A stretch of 64,000 bases of DNA, taken from contig CM052817.1 of NCBI GenBank assembly GCA_028534125.1, forward strand, positions 10,790,001-10,854,000, given 5' to 3'. This document shows, piece after piece, positions 12,944 to 25,171 of this stretch; within the stretch, counting starts at the first letter, position 1; each line of letters opens with the position of its first letter. The notes under the pieces were generated by a model. The model had not been told where the DNA came from. It saw only the letters and a program-made list of their open reading frames with translations, and did not search any database. Both the position numbers and the translations under genes were made by a program. Source of the stretch: Lama glama. Taxonomy: Eukaryota.

Positions 12944-13320
12944 ATCAGATTTATGGTTACCAGAGGCCAGGGGTAGAAGGAGGAGGAATTAGATGAAGGC
13001 AGTCAAAAGGTACAAATTTCCAGGTGTAAATAAGATAAATAAGTACTAGAGATGTAATGTACAACGTGATGAATATAATTAACACTGCTGTGTGCCATAT
13101 ATGAAAGTTGTTAAGAGAGTGAATCTTGACTTCTCATCACAAAAACAAATTTTTTCTATTTCTTTAATTTGGTATCCATATAAGATGACAGATATTTACT
13201 AAACTTGTTATAATAATCTTTTCATGATGTATGTAAGTCAAACCATTATGCTGTACATTTTAAACGTATCCAGTGCTGTATGTCATTTATATCTCAATAA
13301 AACTCAAAGAAAAAATTAAA
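12944..13320 (+). mobile_element. L1MA-type 3' UTR inserted into a MIR (12800-13390)
   Basis: ggttaccagagg...aaaggtacaaatttc...ttatatctcaataaaact plus A tail; decayed TSD aaactaaatg/aaattaaatg; MIR resumes afterwards. Confidence 0.8.
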
Positions 13321-13467
13321 AGAACACCAAATTAAATGCAATAAACTATTTAAAGTGTCCAACATATAGTAGGCACTAAATAAATATTAATCCCCTTGTT
13401 CTTGGTTCCACAAGCAGCTGGGCCAAAGAAAATCACTCAGAAAACACAATGCCACACTTGGTGTCAA

Positions 13468-13563
13468 CTCTTTTTTTTCTTTTTTTTCTCTCTTCTTTTT
13501 TATTGACATATAATGGACATGTAGCACTGTCTAAGTGTACAGCGTAATGATTTGACTTACATA
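13468..13563 (-). mobile_element. Very short 5'-truncated L1 3' end
   Basis: Poly-T followed by tttattgacatataat...aagtgtacagc; TSD tggtgtcaa at 13459-13467 and 13564-13572. Confidence 0.75.
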
Positions 13564-14198
13564 TGGTGTCAATTTTAGGTCCACTTTTCCCATCATCTCT
13601 CCTAATCAATTCCACCACCACCATCCCCATTTACCATAATACCCAGTGTAGATGTTCCACTTAGCCTTTTGGTTTAGAAGGACAGAGTTTTGCTCAGCTC
13701 AGCTTGAGAAAAGAAAGGCATATAAAAGGGTACATGTAGAGATTTAAAAAACAAACAAACAAAACAAAACAGGAATCTTGACTGTTTAACCTGGCACCAT
13801 GAGAAGTCAGGAGGCTTCATGGACACAGGAATACAATTTGGAAAATGAGTATCTGCTCTGAATCCAAAGATGCTTTGGCTCCAACATGCCTGGTCAGCAG
13901 AGTTTACTGTTCACCCCTTAGATCTCATGCATTATTATAACTTGGTTTACCTTCTTGGTCTCTTCTCTCTGAATATCTTTGTACATTATCTTGCTACCAG
14001 TTGGTCGACTCTCTTTGTCTTAGGTTCTAACTCCTCTAGAGAGAAATGTGATTACCCCCATTAGCAATTGTAGTCTGTTGGACCCAGCTTTCAATCCAAA
14101 CCATCTGATAAACCACTCTCTAGCCTAGAGATTGTCTACACTTGAGATCACTGCCCAATCCAAAATACTGGGGCCAGGGGACTAGAGTCGCACGGTCT

Positions 14199-14358
14199 TA
14201 TGCTAACCAACTCATCATAGTTTGCCTGTAACTTTCCTGATTTGGGCATCAAAAGTCCTGCATCCCAGGAAAACCTTCAAGCATGGTATTAGAATGAAAT
14301 GTCCCATATCCTAGGAACCCCCTCAGTCCCAGGCAACCTGGGACAGTTGGTCACCCTC
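14199..14358. mobile_element. MER81 hAT-Blackjack element
   Basis: TIR gggacagttggtcaccct; ccctcagtcccaggcaa. Confidence 0.7.
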
Positions 14359-14959
14359 TGTGGTCCCAAGACAGGAATTTCTGCTGAGGAGGTGTGGCTG
14401 AGGCATGACTACACACATAATAAGGACCAAGAACCCACATATTTAAGGATCCCATATAGGAAGGGTCAAGTTGCCTGCCAGAATCTTTCTAACACCAGAG
14501 AGCCAATCTGTCTCAAGAACCATTCATTGGCAGGGGGAGATTTGACAGATTTCTATTAAAACAATGATTAAAATAAATATTCTGAAATCAAAAATCTCTC
14601 TGACCTAGCAATTTGGAAGTTTTAACCTTTTAAATCTTTATTCTGTTTCAACTTTCTAAGCTCATAACCAAAATACTACACTTCGGTACAAATCAAATAT
14701 GATATTCTGGCATAAAAGGAAATGGGTTGATAAATTTAATAAAGGATGAAAGCAGATTTATGGTATAAGGGACCCACAGGCACAGTCGAGGTCTTGCAGA
14801 TTGTGAAAAGCTGTGTGTGTGCTGATGGCCATTATCATTCTTTCATTCATGCCTTAAACCAGCATTTAGTAGGAAAATTTACTGGGTAATCACCACATAT
14901 CAAGCTACCAGGGTTAGCCAAACTATGTTTGAAGGAGGATAAGTCTGCCCAAGTTATCC

Positions 14960-17232
14960 TTTTTTTTTTTTATAGTTTATTGTAAGCTATTGAGTATATT
15001 TTCCTGTTTTATATATATATGAGTGTGTATGTGTGTGTGTGTATAGGATCCTGTTGTTTATCTATTTTATAAACAGTAGTTTGTATCTGCTATTCCCAAA
15101 CTCCTAATTTATCCCTCCCCCACCCCCTTTCCCTGCTGGTAACTATAAGTTTGTTTTCTATGTCTGTGAGTCTCTTTCTGTTTTGTAAATAAGTTCATTT
15201 GTCTCATATTTTTAGATTCCACATATAAGTGATATCATATTGTATTTTTCTTTCTCTTTCTAGCTTACTTCTCTTAAAATGACAATCTCCAGGTCCATCC
15301 ATGATGCTGCAACTGGCATTATTTCACTCTTTTTTATGACTGAGTAGTATTCCATTGTATAAATATACCACATCATTTTTATCCAGTCATCTGTCAATGG
15401 ACATTTAGGTTGCTTCTATGTCTTGGTTACTGTAAATAGTACTGCTATGAACATTGGTGTGTGTGTATCATTTCAAACTAGAGTTTTCTCCAGATATATG
15501 CCCAGGAGTGGGATTGTTGGATCATATGATAACTCTATTTTTAATTTTTTAAGGAACCTCCGTACTGTTTTCCGTAGTGGCTGCACCAATTTATATTCCA
15601 ACCAACAGTGTAAGAGGGTTCTCTTCTCTCCACATCCTATCTAGCATTTATCATTTGTGGACTTTTTAATGATGGCCATTCTGACCAGTGCTAGGTGATA
15701 CTTCATTATAGTTTTGATTTGCATTTTTCTGATAATTAGCAATACTGAGAATCTTTTCATGTGCGCTTGTTCGCTATCTGTGTATCTTCTTCGGAGAAAT
15801 GTCTGTTTAGGTCTTCTGCCTGTTTTTTGATTGAGTTGTTTCTTTTTCTTTTGTTATTAAGTTATATGAGCTGTTTATATATTTTGGAAATTAAGCCCTT
15901 GTCATTTGCATCATTTTGCAAATATTTTCTCCCTGTCTGGATGCTGTCTTTTCATTTTGTTTATGCTTTCCTTTGTTGTGCAAAAGCTTGTAAGTTTGAT
16001 TAGGTCCCATTTGTTTATTTTTGCTTTTATTTCTATGACCTTGGTAGACTACCCTAGGAGAACCATTGCTAAGATTTATGTCAGAGAATGCTTTGCCTAT
16101 ATTCCTTTCTAGGAGGTTTATGGTGTCCTGTCTTATACTCAAGTCTTTAAGCCATTTGGGGTTTATTTCAATTTATGGTATGGGGAAGTGTTCTAACTTC
16201 ACTGATTTATGTGTGGCTGTCCAGCTTTCCCAACACGACTTGCTGAAGAGACTGTCTTTTCTCCATTGTGTATTCTTGCCTTCGTTATTGAAGATTAATT
16301 GGCTTCATAGGTATGTAAGTTTATTTCTGGGCACTGTGTTTGATTCCATGATACATGTGTTTGGTTTTGTGTCAATACCATGCTGTTTTGATTACTGTAG
16401 TTTTGCAATTTTGTTTGAAGTCTGGAAGAGTTATGCCTTCAGCTTCATTCTTTTTCTTCAGTATTGCTTTGGCAATTCTGGGTCTTTTGTGATTCCTTAT
16501 AAATTTTAGGATTATTCATTCTAGTTCTGTGAAAAATGTCCTGGGTAATTTGATAGGGATCACATTAAATCTGTAGATTGCTTTGGATGATATGACCATT
16601 TTAACAATATTAATTCTTCCAATCTAAGAGCATGGGATATCTTCCTATTTCTTCAATCATCTTCAGTTTCTTTTATTAGAGTTTTATAGTTTTCAGCATA
16701 TAAGTCTTTCACCTCTTTGGTCAGGTTTATTCCTAAGTTTTTTTTTTTGTTTTTTGTTTGTTTGTTTGTTTGTTTTGATGTGATTGTAAAAGGAATTGTT
16801 TTTACTTTCCTTTTCTGATATTTCATTATTAGTGTAAAGAAATGCAGCAGATTTTTGTATGTTAATCTTGTATTTTGCTAACTTATTGAATTTGTTTATC
16901 AATTCTAGTAGTTTTGTGTGGAGTCCTTACAATTTTCTGTGTATAGTATCATATCATCTGCGTATAGTGACAGTTTTTCCTCTTTCTTTCTAATTTGGGA
17001 AACTTTTATTTCTTTTTCTTGTCTGATTACTGTGGCTAGGACTTCCAATATTGTGTTTAACAGAAGTGATGAGAATAGGCATTCTTGTCTTGTTCCAGAT
17101 TTTAGCAGGAAGGCTTTCAACTTTTCTACAAATATTATGTTTGTTGTGTGTTTGTCATAAATAGCTTTTATTATGTTGAGATATGCTTCCTCTATACCCA
17201 CTTTGGTAAGAGTTTTTATAATAAATGGTTGT
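14960..17232 (-). mobile_element. 5'-truncated L1 LINE (3' half of ORF2 plus 3' UTR)
   Basis: Poly-T at 14960, L1 3' UTR and continuous ORF2 homology. Confidence 0.95.
15891..17230 (-). pseudogene. Disrupted L1 ORF2 reverse transcriptase fragments
   Basis: Translations [11 protein letters not shown]...SGTRQEC...[11 protein letters not shown] (YADD motif) and YKINIQKS.AFLYTNNE; broken by stops and frameshifts. Confidence 0.9.
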
Positions 17233-17705
17233 TTCCCAGTGCATATAAAACTTATGTATATTGACACATCATTGTGTACTGACTATACTTCAATGAAAGT
17301 ATACATATACAAAAAAAGTTATATTTACACTATACTGTAGTCTATTAAGGGTGTAATAGCATTATGACTACAAAAAACCTTCCTTAATTCTAAAATTACT
17401 GCTTTATTGCTAAATAATGCTAAACTTTGATCCTTCAGCAAGTCATAATCTTTTTTGCAATAATAGCATCAAAGATCACTGATCTCACTCAGATCACCAT
17501 AACAAATATAATGATAATGAAAATTTTGAAGTATTGTGAAAATTACCAAAATGTGACACAGAGACATGAAGTGAGTAAATGCACTTGGAAAAATGGCATC
17601 TATAGACTTGTTTGAAGGAGGCTTGCCATAAATCATCAGTTTGTAAAAAAACACAGTATCTGTGTAACACAATAAAGTGAAGCACCATAACACGAGGTAT
17701 GCCTG
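17232..17705. mobile_element. Internally deleted Tigger1 derivative with a small L1-tail insert (about 17261-17313)
   Basis: ttcccagtgcatataaaa...actatactgtagtctattaag; ends cgaggtatgcctg plus TA; the other TIR is absent. Confidence 0.85.
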
Positions 17706-18184
17706 TAATTTGCTAGAAGGACTCAGAACTCACTGAAAGCTGTTATACTCATAGTTACAGTTTATTACAGGGAAAAGAAGAGACTCATAGAGTACAGTCT
17801 GGGAGGGTTCAAGGGAAGAAGCCTCCTTTTTTCTGCAGGATTCATTACCCTCCAGCATTAAAGTGTGACAAGACACATTCTTATTGTCCACCTGGGAAAC
17901 TTACCCAAGGTTTAGTGTCCAGAACTTCTAGTGGGACTACATTTCTCAGGCATGACTGACTGAGTACTCATATGGTTGAACTCAGTCTCTAGCCACCGCC
18001 CCCACCGTGGAGGTTGGGCTGATATCACATTGCTTGAGGGGCCCGTCATTATTTACTTCATTAGCATTACAAACTGCCACTCCCATCACTCAGGAAATTC
18101 CAGGGGCTTAGAGGTTACCTCTCAGGAGCCAAGGACAAAGACCAGACCTCTCTTTGGGTAAGGCCAAATTCTTTGTTATACACA
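17706..18184 (-). mobile_element. MER21/MER77-group LTR, partial
   Basis: caggaaattccaggggcttagaggttacctc...cagacctctctttgggtaaggccaaattcttt...caca. Confidence 0.75.
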
Positions 18185-18189
18185 GCCTT

Positions 18190-18380
18190 GTGATGTACAT
18201 TTTGTATTCATTCTCTTATTTAATCCTTATAAATCTGTAATTATTATTATTATTCCCATCATTTAAGGAGGAAACAAAGGCATCGAGTAATTGGTCTACT
18301 ACTAGATAATAGTGGAGCTGGAATTAGCACTAGTTCTGCTTGGCCTCGGAGTCTGAGTTCTTAAACACTGTGTAGTGCAG
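18190..18380 (-). mobile_element. MIR SINE
   Basis: tcttatttaatcctt...attcccat...gaggaaac...tagtggagctggaatt. Confidence 0.6.
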
Positions 18381-18397
18381 CTACCAGCTACCACTCT

Positions 18398-18883
18398 TGT
18401 GATGAAAAGGCCTAGTGGGAAACAGATGGCCCACACATACTTGTTAATTAAGGAGATTTTTATAAAGAAATCATTTCAAAAAGTGTAAGCAATAGCATAG
18501 GACGGTGCAGTACCCTGGTGCTAGCAACAATGGGGATCTGTTACCTCCCCCAGGCCTCAACAGACAAGGGGAGCCAGTAATCACTGAATCCCAGAGACAG
18601 GAGATATAGCTATTGGACAGGAGCTGTGGTCTCTGGTAGGGAAATGCAGGTGCAGCCAATATACAACCTGCTTGAGGAGGTTGAAGAGCTATGGGGAAAA
18701 CACCCCAGTCTCACTCTCCTTCCTCCCTCAGATTTTCCACCATTGTCTTCCATGGGCTGAAACTACCTGGATACCTAGGACAAGAGATCTATATCATGGA
18801 TGCAGTCCATACACATTCCTGGAGATCAAGGTGGAAAAGTAGGGAAAGTAGATCTGGAGGGATAAATGGGAAATATTCTGCAC
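18398..18883 (-). mobile_element. LTR33 ERVL solo LTR
   Basis: gatgcagtccata...gtagatctggagggataaatgggaaatattctgcac is the reverse of the LTR33 5' end. Confidence 0.75.
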
Positions 18884-18949
18884 TCTTCTGCTCTCCACAG
18901 ACTCTTAGTATAACAGGACAAAATATCATGTAAATGCATAAATGCAACC

Positions 18950-19550
18950 CAGGGGATGAATATAATCTTTAACAGAGAGAGAGAGGGAGAAATTAAGTGC
19001 AGTGGAAGGACTAATAAATCATCACTAGGAGAGAAACACTTGCACTTACCTTGAAGGATGAATACATCATCTTTTGGGTAAGAGAAGAATCAATAATTTT
19101 TTGCATCAGCAAAGACACAGAGGTCTGAAACAGTATAGAAAACTGTATATAGTTCACCAGGCTTAGTGTAGACTCTCTAGTGGGAAGCAGCTAGTGATGA
19201 GGTTGTGAGTTAAACTGGGGCTAGACCGTGCAGAGGCTTTCAAGTACCTTATTAAGTAAAGAGTGTTTTGTTTCCCCCTAAGGCAATGGGAAGACAAGGA
19301 ATAATTTTATAAGATTTTAATTTAAGAAATCTTCTGGCAGTTAGAAAAATGGATTACAGAAATATAATTTGGTGGCAGAAGATCTTTTAGGAGGCCATTT
19401 GAATGGTTTAGGTGAGAACCAAGGAAGATGTAGTGTATGGAAAAGATTTGATAAGACTTCCTAGATGCAGAGATAGAAAGTGCAAAATACATGAAGATTA
19501 CTGGCATGAAGTGGAGCAAGGACCACTTAGGAGGCTGGTGACACAATGAA
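18950..19550 (-). mobile_element. L2 LINE fragment
   Basis: ccttgaaggatgaata...gcaaagacacagagg...aggcaatgggaag. Confidence 0.55.
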
Positions 19551-19584
19551 TAAGAAGATCATTGCTAACAGCTTGTGATGATAA

Positions 19585-19760
19585 ACAGTATTTAGATAGT
19601 TAGACATAAGGCATTTGAAAAGGTAAATGCTTTTCTAGCAACATCACACCATGAGATATTCTTTTCTTATCTCCTGAGAGAGAAGCTTAAAAAGAGACTC
19701 TCATTAGATGAGTGTTGCATGTGGGCATTTGAATCTAAATGGCCACAGATTTATAAAATT
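19585..19760 (+). mobile_element. Possible CR1/L3 LINE RT relic
   Basis: Translates YLD..KAFEKV...L.EKLKK..LD...W, resembling the CR1 RT pattern YLDFSKAFDKV.H.IL..KL....LD....W. Confidence 0.35.
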
Positions 19761-20024
19761 ATAAGACCAGTAGAAAGAAAAAAGCAATTAGATGATGGAC
19801 CAATAAATAATAAAGAAAAGTTAACTGCAGTGGATGAACTTTTAAACTACATAGAAAATCTTTTGTACTCTCAAGAGTGAACTCTGAGTAGTTTCAGACT
19901 TAAAAATAGAAAAATAGCTTTAGTGGTCCTATAAGCACTATAAGGAAGGAAGTTGCCAAATTGACCCAGTTTGGGATTTATTTTGTTAGCAAATTCTGAT
20001 CTAGTCTTTAGTATGTGCTTAGCA

Positions 20025-20150
20025 CTATATATCATATTATTATATTATATTATTTATATTTTATTATATCAATCTCTTTTGATCCTCATAAAAATGTTGT
20101 TTTTTATTATTATTATTATTATTGTTATTATTATATAATTATTATTACAG
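20025..20150. repeat. AT-rich (TTA)n/(TATAT)n low-complexity tract
   Basis: Direct reading. Confidence 0.8.
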
Positions 20151-21169
20151 TCTCCATAATATAAAAAGATTTTGATTCTATTTTCTATCCCTTTCCAGGC
20201 TGGGTTGACATGAACAGTGATTCAGTTTTTGTATCACCCAAATATGCCTGTGATAAGGAATGAATCAGGACCAAAATCCCCCATTGATCACTGTGAGACC
20301 TGGCTCAAGCTGACATCCACCTAGAAAAAGAAGCATGTTTTGCTATTCATCCACCCAGGAAAGTTGCCTTTTTCCTAATTCACACAAAGGCTGAGATCCA
20401 ACCCAAATTCAAAATCCAATTGAGACCAAAGCCCTGGCCAGGATGCTGTCCAGTTGACACTAGGATCTCCACAGTCTGTCTTACCCTTTCTTGTCAATCA
20501 GGACCCTCCATTCCAAATTTCCATGAGTATTAATCTAGTCCCCTGACTCCTGGTTGACCTGCTCTGAATAGGCTAATCACCCCAAATCACAAACCTACCT
20601 ATGTTCATATGGTCTCTACTAACCTCTTGAAGCACTTATGTCATGTTAGGAGGTTCCAACATGCCTTTGCTGTAGGATCGGCTTAATAATGAGTGATACA
20701 CATATGAATTAGTCCCCTGGCTCAAGGAAGCTAGATACAGTTGAAGGAATGGAACTTTCCATCAGATATTAATGATCTGAGATCATTGGGTTGATGGGGG
20801 AGTAGGGTGCGACACATGTGAATATACCAACTATCACCTTATTTTTGTCTCCCTCTTCCTGAGTTTGGAAACCTGAAATAGAGCCAGTCCCTAGGAAGCT
20901 AAGAGTCAGGCAGTAATTCTTCATAGAACCTGAGGCTTCCCAGGATCATCTTCATAAAGCTTCCTCCTCACCCCACCTCGAACTCAAACCATATGTCTGC
21001 AGCCCCATCCAGGAGATCTGACCCCTTTCCAGCTAATCCCAAATGTCAGGAATTTTGCTCCTGATAAAAGAAACTCACTCTCTGGTGTTGGTTCTAGGTG
21101 TCTTTTTATCAGACAAATAGGAAGATCAAGCCCTTCATCATAGTTGCCTGAGAAATCAGTGGAAAAAAA

Positions 21170-21410
21170 ATAGTAAAATCAGAACAGCACGTGTTTGGAG
21201 GTTGAACAGAATTGAGTTCAGTGCTAGAATAGCCACTTACTAGCTCTGTGTCCTTGAGCAAGCTATTTCACATCTCTAAGTCTTCATTTCAAAATATGCA
21301 ATCTTGAGGGTGCCAGTAAATACCAACGTGTTGCAAAGGTGAGAGCAGGATCCCCTATAAAGAGTGCCTAGTGTAGTTCCTGGCAAATGTTAAGTAATTA
21401 AATAATGTTC
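21170..21410 (+). mobile_element. MIR SINE
   Basis: gccacttactagctctgtgtccttgagcaag...ctctaagtcttcatttc. Confidence 0.75.
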
Positions 21411-21584
21411 CTGGAGGAACTGGAAGGATGATCTCTGCTTAGCTTGTTTCCGTATCAAAAAAGAGCTTTCTTTCAGGTGGCAGGAGAGGTGACACTAGAG
21501 AGAATTCACTGGTGACCTCTTCCATCCAGCACTAGCTTATAAAGGAATAACACAGTTGTATGTGGTTAAAACATCATTGGCCAT

Positions 21585-22372
21585 TGTGATATTCTAATCT
21601 GTAATAAGGAATATATATTTGGTCTTCATCCCATTCCTGGCACAGAGCTCTTCAAATCCTTGGAATTTCCAAAGGAAGGAAAGAGATAAAGGTGTCTTTT
21701 GTTAAGTTAACAAGGTGACTTATGGAAAGCTCCTAGGTAACAATGCAGTCTGGTTGCCAGGGGTACCAATCATGTGATTAGAGGGTTGGAACTTTCAGTC
21801 CCAACTTCAGATTCCCAAGGAGAAAGGAGGGGCTGGAGATTGAGTTCCATTACCAATGGCCAATGACTTAATCAATCATGCCTAAGTAATGATGACCCCT
21901 TAAAAACCCCAAAAGGGCATAATTCAAAGACCTCCAGGTTAGTGAACCAGAACACATCCACGTGCTACCATGCTGGGCCCCAAACTCCATGGAGACAGAA
22001 ATTCCTGCATTTGGGACCTTTGGGACCTCACTCTAAGAATCTCTTTATCCAGCTGTTGATTCATATAACTGGTTTCCTGAGTTCTGTAAGCTGCCTTGGC
22101 GAATTAATCAAACCCAATGAAGGGGTCAGAAATACCTGCGATTTGTATTCAATTGCTCAGAAGCACAAGTAACAATTTGAACTTGTAACTGGCATGTGAA
22201 GTGGGTGCAGTCTTATGGGACTGAGCCCTTAACCTGTGGAATCTGATGCTATCTCCAGTGAAACAGGGCCCAAATTGAGCTGAATTGTAGGACAGCACAG
22301 TGTAGCTGGTGGCAGAGAATTGTCTGATGTGGGGAAGAAACCCACACTTCGGAATTGGTGCTAGCATCAGAA
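21585..22372 (+). mobile_element. MER21A/B-like LTR
   Basis: tgtgatatt...catgtgattagagggttggaactttcagtccca...gggactgagcccttaacctgtggaatctgatgctatctccag. Confidence 0.85.
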
Positions 22373-22779
22373 TTGTCGCCATCAACAAAAATATAAAGAA
22401 CATCTTGGATTCTAAGTTCCTTATGTAGACTGAATTATCCACCCTTACAAAGTGGAGAAGACCTGCCCCACGTGCCTTGGAACTAGGCACTTGAGTTCAG
22501 TCTGGCTTTGTCTTGAGCAGCCATGAGACCAGCCAATCACCTTCCATCTTGAGCCTCAGTTTCTCCTTCTTCTTTGGGAGCCAGAAATTACAAGTTTGCA
22601 GAGCAGACAAACCTTTGCCAGGAACAAATAAGATCATTGACAGGGACACAACATATAACATGGTAGGGGCTCAATATATTGGAATTCTCTTCTCAAAGGA
22701 GACCAAATTAACACTGCCATTCGTACAAACAACTGTACCCTTAACCATTATTTCTAAAGCTTTTTTACTTTGGTATGTT

Positions 22780-23520
22780 TGGGGAAAAAGACTTGTTGAT
22801 GTTTGGACAAGTTAACATGGTTTTTTTGTTTTATGAGCTGCCAGTGCTGAACGCTATATCTGTACTTTCATCATGCTTTTATTTGAGATTTTACATAAAC
22901 TTCTCTTCTCTGTTGATTTGACCTTTCAAACCCCCATTCTCTGAGCGTTTGCGACAAGAGGAGGATATGCAGCATGATGAAGCTCAGCTTATGCCTTCTC
23001 GCACTGAGAGGAAAGTGAGTCCAGGCAAATGGCTCCCGTGCCAAAAAAGCCCATTAAAATATTAAATGAGGAGTTACTGACAGGTTTAACTAGACTCTTG
23101 TGGCAAAGCTCCAAATCTTAACTCAGTGAGGTTGGTTTTGGCTGTAACAAACCAGCTGTCACAAACTGTGTGAGACCATTAATTACGTATGAAAGCACTG
23201 ATAAATTAACTCCTAATGGCTGGAAAAAATTAAGAGTTCTGTTTGTTTAATGCACCCTCTTCCCTCTTTTACAAGAGTCCCATAAGAAAATGACATTGAA
23301 TTAAGTTTGTGGAGGTGTGAAAGTTGAATAAAATGAGCAGTCACAAATGTCTGAGTGTAGTTCTCACAACTAAAAGCTGGATGATGTTCCTAAGAGACAG
23401 CTTTCGCAATGGAGCGCCTCTCCCAGCATCTTACATGGCAGTCCCGGGGAACCACTCATAATGGGTCAGGCGGGCTTATAAAATGGCCTTTTTTGTGCTT
23501 TACTAACTGAGGAACTTTGG
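22780..23520. promoter_or_regulatory. Repeat-free candidate enhancer
   Basis: No TE recognised; homeobox, TALE, E-box and NBRE motifs. Inference only. Confidence 0.3.
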
Positions 23521-23959
23521 ATCTGTTCCAAAATAGAGCACCTTATTCTGAATATCTTCACTGTAATGATAATAGCTACCATTTATTGAGCATTTACAGA
23601 GTGACAGGCAATTTCAAAGCTTGGAGGGTCTCCTGCTAATTAAGGTATGATGTTAACAAGACATAAGGAATAAAATAGTACACTTGGCAAGACAACCAAT
23701 GACTTAGACTTGAAGGATATAGGGGGGGGAAGACAGGAGTTGGGGTATTTCAGCCTTGTTCCCAATGCCCCAGAAGGTCACCTGAATTTGGACCAACATT
23801 GGCTAACACAATGCCCCTTGAACTGTCAGAGCTTTCACTTAGAGATAAAGGACAATAGTTCCTGCTACTTTGTTCCCAGTTTATTACTGGGGATGATAGT
23901 CGGTTGATGTGGGTGGACCAGAAAACAGAGTTTGATCTCATGGTAGTAATTTGGAGCCC

Positions 23960-24520
23960 ATGGTAGGTGTTATTGTAATAATGGCCTGCTTTTCAATCCT
24001 CAATGTACCCAGTCCCTTTACATGTGACTTTGCAGTTCTTTTGACCAAAGAGGTGAAGTCTATTTCCTCGTAAGTGAATGTGGGTTGGCCTTGTGACTTG
24101 CTAAGGCCAATAGAAAGCAGTAGAAGTGACTACAATCCAATTCTGAGCTTGGGCCATGGGGGCTTTGGCCATTTCTGCGTGTCCTTGCACTCATGAACTG
24201 CAGTGAGGACCTGCATGGGCCAGCTCCCTAGAGAACGAGACACGCCAAGTAGAGCTGTGCTGCATTCGTGTCATCAGATGAAGCCATCCAAGATCAGTCA
24301 ACAGCCAGCCAGCCCTCAGACTTGAACCCAGCCCAGCCACCTAGCTGACTTGCAACAACTGCAGACATGGGAGCAAACCCAGCCAAAGTCTGCAGACCCC
24401 AGTCCGAATCAGCTGAACCTTGGAGACTCACAACACACATATACAGTGGTTGCTGTTTGTCACAGAGGATTTGTGGCTGTTCATCTTGCAGCATTATTGT
24501 GGCTGTGGAATAATTATATA
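23960..24520 (+). mobile_element. MLT1 (G/H-type) MaLR LTR
   Basis: atgtgactttgcagtt...gggttggccttgtgacttgct..ggccaataga...gcagcattattgtggc. Confidence 0.8.
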
Positions 24521-24701
24521 GCACCTTGAAGAAACTGCTGCTTCACTCTAGATTTCTAAGAACAGATTGGTTAATGAAAGCACCATTTGCAGTTCAGGTC
24601 ACAGGGCCCGTGGAAAGGGCCAAGAGAAGAAATCTTAAAGCTTATCCAGCTTGCTTACTCAAACTTCAGTCGATGTTCCAGCACATTCAATCCTACTCAA
24701 G

Positions 24702-25171
24702 TGACAAAGATTTTCTTTAGCCAATCTTTAGTCAAGGTCCTCTGAGCTCTCTGCTCACCTAGGCCTGGACTTGGGCTTCTGTCTCTGTCCTTGTAGAGTC
24801 CAGTTTGAGCAAGAAGCCTGCTAACTCAGTTTAGACAGAATCCTCCACCCTCAACAGCTGATCAAGTTTCCCACCATTCTTCAGGTGATCTCTCAGTCCC
24901 CTGGCCTGCCTTCAGCAAGAATCCTCTTGAGCTGGTTTAGCAAGAATCTCCCTACGTCTGATGTTTTATCTTAGTAATTTTCCATCCACCCACCTTTATC
25001 CTGCTCTTTGGCTATAAATCCCCATATTTTCTTATTTTATTTGGAATTGAACCTGCTCTCTTGCCCCTATTGCAAAGTCCCACTGAAGCAGTCCCCATAC
25101 TTATCACAATTGTCCTGAATGCAGTCTGCACTACCATTTTAAGAAGTGTTAGAATAATTGTGTCTTTAACA
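24702..25171 (+). mobile_element. MER31 ERV1 solo LTR
   Basis: TGACAAAGA...TCTTTAACA termini, repeated agcaagaatc; 4-bp TSD caag/caaa; interrupts an L2 tail. Confidence 0.8.

Noticed and set aside
16905..17267. Reverse transcriptase CDS
   Set aside because: Fragment of a truncated, frameshifted L1; its N-terminus comes from adjoining Tigger sequence.
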